From Promethearchaeota archaeon (lineage in GTDB: Archaea > Asgardarchaeota > Lokiarchaeia > Sigyniarchaeales > SOKP01): a stretch of DNA of 64,000 nt. Location of the stretch: assembly GCA_019057795.1 (NCBI GenBank), contig JAHLWS010000065.1:123486-187485 (forward strand), given 5' to 3'. The notes below the pieces were generated by a model. That model was not told the origin of the DNA. It saw only the letters and a program-made list of their open reading frames with translations, and made no database searches. A program made the position numbers and the translations under genes. Of this stretch, positions 57,930 through 64,000 are shown piece by piece (the first letter of the stretch is position 1; each line of letters opens with the position of its first letter).

Positions 57930-58448
57930 ATGGAATTAATAACCCACAACCTAATTGGAGTTATAATCCAAATTTTATGTTTTACATTTTTACTTTTTCC
58001 GTTAAATATTGTTTGTACCATCCTTTTTGCCTACATATCTCATTTATTTTGTGATGCTATTTCGATAATTACTTATCATACACCTGATAAACAAGAAGGA
58101 GACAAATTTTGGATTATTTGGCATTATATTATTTATTTATTATCTTTTATATCCTTCTTCTTTTTCATTATTCCTTATTGGTTAGGGATGTTATTTGCTA
58201 ATATAATTGATATTTGGGATTGGTTTATTTTACGACCGATTCAAAATAAGAAAAAAGAAAAAAATCCAGAATCCAAATGGGGTGAAAAATATTACTTACA
58301 TCGGTCTGTTGATTGGGTAAGAGACAAACTATTTTTTTGGCTTCCTGTAAGGAATTATAAGAAGTCTGGTATATTGATCGAAATCTTTATTATTATAACT
58401 TTGTCCATTATTATAGGATTTCTAGGAGCGTCTCTTTTTATCGCATAA
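57930..58448 (+). CDS. hypothetical membrane protein (possible metal-binding His/Asp)
   Basis: TH, SHLFCD and H motifs within TM helices. Confidence 0.75.
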   Translation: MELITHNLIGVIIQILCFTFLLFPLNIVCTILFAYISHLFCDAISIITYHTPDKQEGDKFWIIWHYIIYLLSFISFFFFIIPYWLGMLFANIIDIWDWFILRPIQNKKKEKNPESKWGEKYYLHRSVDWVRDKLFFWLPVRNYKKSGILIEIFIIITLSIIIGFLGASLFIA

Positions 58449-58833
58449 ATTTTCTAAATTCCTTAAAGTAAAACAAATGACTCTTACAGGAACAATCGGT
58501 AGAGCCGAAATTTTTAATAAAAGAATCTGAAACCTCCTTTATATCTCGAGCAATAACACATTCTAGTCTCGTTAATGAAGGCACAATATATAACTTAGTT
58601 ATTAAGAAATGATCGTCGTTTAGTAGATAATCAATATGCCAGTGAATTTTTTTATTAGCAAAATCAGTAAGGTGTCTTTTAACACGATTTTCTAAGGTTG
58701 TTGACCCAATATTTCCCATTGCAGAACCCACATAGAGGTAATAACCTTCGGAGAATGATAAAGCCCCTAATGCGCCAATTTCAACTTTAACTTTCTTAGA
58801 TAGAAATAGTACAAGAATGTAACTTCCTTTCAT
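58438..58833 (-). CDS. GIY-YIG (DUF123/Uri) nuclease family protein
   Basis: KGSYIL, YLYVGSA, RVKRH, HWHIDYLL, FGSTDCSCKSHL. Confidence 0.92.
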   Translation of the reverse strand: MKGSYILVLFLSKKVKVEIGALGALSFSEGYYLYVGSAMGNIGSTTLENRVKRHLTDFANKKIHWHIDYLLNDDHFLITKLYIVPSLTRLECVIARDIKEVSDSFIKNFGSTDCSCKSHLFYFKEFRKFMR

Positions 58834-59016
58834 TTATTTACAGGTTTTTTTATGATCGTGATAACATCCATCACAGAAACTTTCGTTGCAATGTTTACAA
58901 ATATTTGCACAGTTATCGCATATTTGATTGTAGCATTCATAACACTCATAAATACGATCATTGGGATTCTCTCCGCAATTTTCACAAATAATTTCTTTAT
59001 TAGACATCAAAATCAC
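58834..59016 (-). CDS. small Cys-rich zinc-finger protein
   Basis: Five CxxC motifs plus a terminal H...C in 60 aa. Confidence 0.75.
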   Translation of the reverse strand: MILMSNKEIICENCGENPNDRIYECYECYNQICDNCANICKHCNESFCDGCYHDHKKTCK

Positions 59017-59145
59017 TTAACTAAAATTTAATTACAGTAAAAATGATAAGAAAATAAAATAAAAAAAGCTCTTTATTACTACTTAAATAATTAAAAAATA
59101 ATTCTATAGTATTCACACTAGAAAAACCAAATTAGAGAAACTAAA

Positions 59146-60288
59146 ATGAATGATTTATTTTTTTCTGAGAAACACTATAATTTACGAGAAGATGTAAGAA
59201 AATTATTAATGAAAGAATTGGAACCAATAAAAAACCAAATCAATAAAAATAATAAAATACCTATCGCTTTAATCAAAAAATTAGGAAAGAACGGCTTAAT
59301 TGGACCTTTGATTCCAGAAAAATATAGTGGTTCAGATTTAGGCTTGATTGCACATTGTATGATAACCGAAGAAATTTCAAAAATCAATGTAGCCATATCA
59401 GTAACTCGTACACCTTGTATTTTAAATGGATATCTTCTTAATAGATATGGAAACGATTTTCAAAAAGAAAAGTTTTTGAAAAAAGTAGCAACTGGAGAAA
59501 AAATGTGTAGTATCTGTGTTACTGAAGAAGAGGCAGGTTCAAATGTGGCAGGAATTAAGACAAGTGCGTCAAAAGTGGGCCAGAATTATGTTTTAAATGG
59601 TTCGAAGAAATTTATAACAAACGCAGGGATAGCGGATTATTATTTCGTTTGGTGCATTACAAGTAAGAAAGTTAACCCTCGTAATGGAATGAGTGTTTTC
59701 TTAGTAGAAAAAGACACACCGGGTTTACATATAGAGAATCCATATGAATTAATGGGAATAAATGGCTTATATAATGGAATAATTCGACTTGAAAATGTAG
59801 AAGTTCCAGAACATAATCTCATTGGTGAAAAAGGAATGGGTTTTCAAAGCTTAATGAATACTTTTAATATTGAAAGATTAACTTTAAGTTGCGAATGTAA
59901 TGGTTTATCTATGGCCGCTTTAGAGGATTCGAAACGCTATGCAAAGAGCAGGATTCAATTTGATAAACCGATCTCTACCTTTCAAATAATTAAGTTAAAA
60001 ATAGCTGAAATGGCAACAAAATTACAAGCTGCTAGATTATTGACTTATAATGCAGCAAAGTTAGCGGAAATGAATAAAAATATAATAAAAGAAGCTTCAA
60101 TGGCAAAAGCTTTCTCAAGTAAAACTGCGGTTGAAATCACATCGGAAGCAGTTCAGATTCATGGAGGAATCGGATACACAGATGTACACTCTGTTGAAAG
60201 ATATATGAGAGATGCTAAATTCTTTATGATTGGGGGCGGTACTTCTGAAATTCAGAACTTAGTAATCGCACGAGAAGAGTTAAAATAA
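59146..60288 (+). CDS. acyl-CoA dehydrogenase
   Basis: TEEEAGS, LNGSKKFITN, RIQFDKPI, QIHGGIG, GGTSEIQ. Confidence 0.95.
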   Translation: MNDLFFSEKHYNLREDVRKLLMKELEPIKNQINKNNKIPIALIKKLGKNGLIGPLIPEKYSGSDLGLIAHCMITEEISKINVAISVTRTPCILNGYLLNRYGNDFQKEKFLKKVATGEKMCSICVTEEEAGSNVAGIKTSASKVGQNYVLNGSKKFITNAGIADYYFVWCITSKKVNPRNGMSVFLVEKDTPGLHIENPYELMGINGLYNGIIRLENVEVPEHNLIGEKGMGFQSLMNTFNIERLTLSCECNGLSMAALEDSKRYAKSRIQFDKPISTFQIIKLKIAEMATKLQAARLLTYNAAKLAEMNKNIIKEASMAKAFSSKTAVEITSEAVQIHGGIGYTDVHSVERYMRDAKFFMIGGGTSEIQNLVIAREELK

Positions 60289-60319
60289 TATAAATTAAGA
60301 AATTTAGAATAAAAAAAAA

Positions 60320-61171
60320 TTAATAATTGTAGAATCCTTTTTTTGTTTTTCTTCCTAATAAACTATCTTTTACCATTTCTTTTAAAAGCGGGCTAGGTTT
60401 ATACTTTTCTCCGAATTTATTGGTTAAATAATTGCCAATATGATCGTAAATATCTAATCCAACCAGATCGCTAAGCTCCAATGGGCCCATAGGGAAATTA
60501 AAAGCTAACTTACAAGCAGTATCAATATCTTCTGCGCTTGCAATTCCCTCGAGTTTCATATTAATAGCTTCGTTACACATTACATATATTAATCTCGAAG
60601 TAACAAAACCAGGAGAATCATTTACTATTACTACAGTTTTCTTTAATCCTTCGGAAAAATCCTTTGCGATTTTTAATGTTTTTTCTGATGTATTTTTGCC
60701 TTTAATTAATTCAATTAATTTCATGACGGTTGCCGGATTAAAAAAGTGGATTCCTACTATTCTATCTTGGTGTATTGATTCAGAAGCTATTTCCATAATG
60801 CTTAAGGACGATGTATTCGAAGCAAGAATCACTTCCTTATCACAAATTGAATCTAATTCAGCAAACAATTTCTTTTTCAAATTCATATCTTCAAAAACCG
60901 CTTCTATTACCAATTGTACACCCTTAACAGCTTCATCTTTATTTACAGATAAATGAATTCTGTTAAGGTATTTCTCTGCTTCTTCTTTACTGATTTTGTT
61001 TTTAGCGACAAAAAACCTCTCTAAATTTTTTTCAATCGCATTTTTTGCTTTATTTAAGATTTGCTCATTTTCATCAACTAAGGTCACATTATATCCATAG
61101 GTAACTAGTAATTGTACGATTCCTGAACCCATTACGCCTGCACCAATTACACATACATCTTTAATATCCAT
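60320..61171 (-). CDS. 3-hydroxyacyl(butyryl)-CoA dehydrogenase
   Basis: GAGVMG, EAVFE, ASNTSS, HFFNP, PMGP, GRKTKKGFY. Confidence 0.95.
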   Translation of the reverse strand: MDIKDVCVIGAGVMGSGIVQLLVTYGYNVTLVDENEQILNKAKNAIEKNLERFFVAKNKISKEEAEKYLNRIHLSVNKDEAVKGVQLVIEAVFEDMNLKKKLFAELDSICDKEVILASNTSSLSIMEIASESIHQDRIVGIHFFNPATVMKLIELIKGKNTSEKTLKIAKDFSEGLKKTVVIVNDSPGFVTSRLIYVMCNEAINMKLEGIASAEDIDTACKLAFNFPMGPLELSDLVGLDIYDHIGNYLTNKFGEKYKPSPLLKEMVKDSLLGRKTKKGFYNY

Positions 61172-61173
61172 TT

Positions 61174-61971
61174 TTAGCCTGACCTCTTCCTAAATTGCAT
61201 AAAATCGGCTTTACGCTTTTCTAAAAACGCGTCTTTTCCTTCTACGGCTTCATTGGTGTTATAATAGAGAGACAACCCCCCAACGCCTAATTTTGTGATG
61301 CCGGTCGTTCCATCGGTCTCTGCTAAGAATGCAAATTTCAGCATTTTCAAAGCTGTCGGACTCTTTTCCAATATTTCCTGACACCAGATATTTACTTCTT
61401 CATCTAATTTTTCTATGGGTACAACACTATTAACAAGTCCCATTTCTAAGGCTTGCTGAGCGGTGTATCGACGACAAAGATACCAAATCTCTTTAGCACG
61501 TTTCACGCCAACAGCCCGGATTAAATCACCGGTCCCATATCCGGGATCAAAGGAACCAACGCGTGGTCCCGCTTGTCCAAGTTGCGCATGTTCTGCCGCA
61601 ATGCTGAGATCGCAGACGACATGCCATACATGTCCTCCTCCGATCGCATAACCATTTACACGGGCTATAACTGGTTTGGGTAAAGTGCGAATCTGGTGAG
61701 TTACTTGCTGCCAACCAACTTCCAAAGGCAACAAATATGTCCCCTTGTAGCCTCCTTTCTCGCGAGTCGTCTGATCTCCACCAGTGCAAAACGCTTTCTC
61801 TCCAGCGCCGGTGAATACCACAACACCTATTTCCTTATCCATACATCTGTTAAAAGCGTCGATCAATTCGTGGACAGTGTGCTGTGTGCACGCGTTGTAG
61901 CGCTGAGGTCGATTGATTGTTATGCGCGCTATCCCATCTTTTTTTTCAAAAATGATATCTTCATAATCCAT
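61174..61971 (-). CDS. crotonase-family enzyme of MenB/BadI type
   Basis: AFCTGGDQ, GYAIGGGHV, GPRVGSFDPG, EIWYLCRRY. Confidence 0.85.
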   Translation of the reverse strand: MDYEDIIFEKKDGIARITINRPQRYNACTQHTVHELIDAFNRCMDKEIGVVVFTGAGEKAFCTGGDQTTREKGGYKGTYLLPLEVGWQQVTHQIRTLPKPVIARVNGYAIGGGHVWHVVCDLSIAAEHAQLGQAGPRVGSFDPGYGTGDLIRAVGVKRAKEIWYLCRRYTAQQALEMGLVNSVVPIEKLDEEVNIWCQEILEKSPTALKMLKFAFLAETDGTTGITKLGVGGLSLYYNTNEAVEGKDAFLEKRKADFMQFRKRSG

Positions 61972-62183
61972 TATTTCTCATCTTACAAAAATTTAGTTTT
62001 CAATTTTATATTTAATCAATAAGAATGATCTTGAAATATTTAATAATTCCTCATTGAAATCTAATTTATAGAAATGTCTTAGAGGACATAAATATCAAAT
62101 ATTTATGACTGTATTAGATACTTTCACTTCGTGAAACTTATGTTTCACGATTTTATAGGGAAAATCCCTAGATAATTTGCTCA

Positions 62184-62705
62184 CTAAAGTACCATATTTT
62201 GCTTTACTTCACGTACCATGCTTTGCCCTTCTTTATTGATCTGAGAAATTATTTCTCTTAATATCTCGGTAATTTCAATACCTTTTAATTCACTTGAGAT
62301 ATAAAGCATCGATAGTACTACTCTTGCTAAAGTTGTAAGGTTCTTCATATCGTCAATAGGAATTCTAATTCCTAGTGCTTTAATATCCCTTTGAGTTTCT
62401 TTTTCTTGTTGTCTAATAGCAATTAGAAAGTCATTCTTTCGCCCTTTCCATAATTCTGATACGGTTCTAATAGACAAGATGTATCTTTTAGTGGGGCTCT
62501 TTAGCCCATGAATCTCTTTTGCGAACCCTAAAGGTTTAGATTTTCTTATTGCTTCTAACCCAAAACTTCTGTTGAACTTATTAGTTTTTTCGAGTTTTTC
62601 TTTCATTTTCGAAATTTCAGACGTTAATTGTTCAATTTTTAACGACAATTTTTCAAATTTTTCGAGGAATAATTCCCTATCTATAAGATTCTCATAATCG
62701 CTCAT
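62184..62705 (-). CDS. hypothetical protein with N-terminal coiled coil
   Basis: 173-aa ORF with an upstream ggtgg motif. Confidence 0.75.
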   Translation of the reverse strand: MSDYENLIDRELFLEKFEKLSLKIEQLTSEISKMKEKLEKTNKFNRSFGLEAIRKSKPLGFAKEIHGLKSPTKRYILSIRTVSELWKGRKNDFLIAIRQQEKETQRDIKALGIRIPIDDMKNLTTLARVVLSMLYISSELKGIEITEILREIISQINKEGQSMVREVKQNMVL

Positions 62706-62854
62706 TTAAGAAGCCACCCAAATATTATGTATTATTTGTTTTGATTTACTGTTTAATAAAATTAGTTATTAAAGGATTAATCTCTCTAGCTTTTGTAATT
62801 TATAAAAATATAGATTTAAATAAGAAAAAAGAGGAAAATTATTTATTATTATTT

Positions 62855-63349
62855 TTAAAAAGCGTCGAAGTCTTGGTCATCCGGTTCTTTTTGCTCTGAA
62901 ATTTCTTTTAAAAAAGGTTCAGTTTCTTCTTCTTCAATTGAATTTAAATCGTCATAGTCTTGCTCTTTTTTCGATTCTGGAGTAGTCATAGGTTCTTTCA
63001 ACTTTTCTACAAAATCGATAGGACTTAAAAGATCTTTAACCTCTTTATCTACTTTTTCTTTGAATGCTCTTTCGTTTAGGACATATTTCTTAATTTCAAC
63101 ATATCCTAAACTTATCAGTAAAATTAGAAAGAAAATTAAAACAACCAAATTTTTAGCAAGATTTACAATTGATTCGTTTAAGTAATCCACTGCTTCAATA
63201 TAAAAGGGGAAATCTCTAAACAAGGCAAAAGGATAGTTATGAATAAACTCGTACGACACTTTGGAAAACACTAACCAAATTAATATTGAATCAACGCCAA
63301 TTCGTTTAAATTTTAATCTTTTTCTTAACATTTCGGCTTGAGAACCCAT
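62855..63349 (-). CDS. hypothetical membrane protein with acidic tail (possibly a C-terminal fragment)
   Basis: Two hydrophobic segments; starts exactly at the end of the glycyl-radical enzyme fragment. Confidence 0.55.
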   Translation of the reverse strand: MGSQAEMLRKRLKFKRIGVDSILIWLVFSKVSYEFIHNYPFALFRDFPFYIEAVDYLNESIVNLAKNLVVLIFFLILLISLGYVEIKKYVLNERAFKEKVDKEVKDLLSPIDFVEKLKEPMTTPESKKEQDYDDLNSIEEEETEPFLKEISEQKEPDDQDFDAF

Positions 63350-63804
63350 TAAAATGTTTGCATTATTGTTTGGTCTTTATTTCCTTTGTAATCATTTAAT
63401 AACGCTTCTTTAATTTGCGCTATGGTATACTTTTTATCATCATACACAAACTTTTTAATTGCTAATAATGAATCTACAGTCGTAGCATATCCTACGCCTT
63501 CAATTGTGATAAATCTTAATTCTGGGCCTCCACTACGCACATCTAACGCTTTTTCAGCACATCCCCTTACAATTGTGGATACATAAGGAATGGGTGAAAA
63601 TTCTGATCTCAACTGCTCTAGAAGATTATAATTTTCAGCGGTGTGTTTGATCATAAATTGAATTTGATTAACCCACGCGTTCCAGAATTCTTCCCATGTC
63701 TCAAATTTCTCTGGATCTCCTGTTTTCGGACCAAATTGTTTTTTAGATTTCTTTGGATCGTCATTTGGTACGTTTTTTCCATTCCATAACGTTAAAGAAA
63801 AGGA
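63349..63804 (-). pseudogene. internal fragment of a glycyl-radical enzyme (PFL-like)
   Basis: The open frame extends beyond the track ORF: LTLWNG...QFGPKTGDPEKFETWEEFWNA...GYATTVDSLLAIKKFVYD. Both the N-terminus and the Gly-radical C-terminus are missing. Confidence 0.85.
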
Positions 63805-64000
63805 CTAGAATCGCCTCTAAAAATCCAGAGAGGGTCAGTTTAATTATGTTCGACCTTTTTCGTAGAGAAATGTAGAAATATTAAGAGTTAAATACGAACC
63901 AAATAATTAATAATTGGGCTTATAGTGCCCAAATTGTTAAAAATATTAAATGAGGTGTAATTTAACGTCGGAAGATGAAATTAAAAACCAAATTAATTCA

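Noticed and set aside
61463-62022. Overlapping alternative ORFs in the crotonase gene
   Set aside because: They are a by-product of locally higher GC (fewer stop codons) and have no recognisable features.

Overview
AT-rich archaeal DNA, most likely from an Asgard archaeon (Lokiarchaeia-like). The basis is a gelsolin-domain protein, an actin-related protein, two roadblock proteins, an MglA-type small GTPase, multi-intron tRNAs and bacterial-type gyrAB. Bases 1 to about 6045 look like a mobile or defence element. It carries an unannotated HEPN ORF running off the window start, a PD-(D/E)XK nuclease, HTH/RHH/AbrB proteins, an HhH-like protein and GC-rich hairpin regions, and it ends at a truncated gene. 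The rest is chromosome-like. The two best candidates for undescribed systems are: (i) a tightly coupled three-gene cassette (41234-45571) encoding a single-pass membrane GNAT acetyltransferase, a SelO-like pseudokinase/AMPylase and a coiled-coil protein; (ii) an actin-centred cluster (16548-26169) with gelsolin, roadblock, a proline-rich CDC48-N/VWA protein, an actin-related protein, an apparently catalytically dead CHAT (caspase/separase-clan) protein and an apparently dead PLD-fold protein. Two tRNAs each carry two introns. Abrupt gene truncations at about 6045, 63350 and 63805 may be rearrangements or assembly joins. All functional calls come from motif recognition by eye; no database searches were run.
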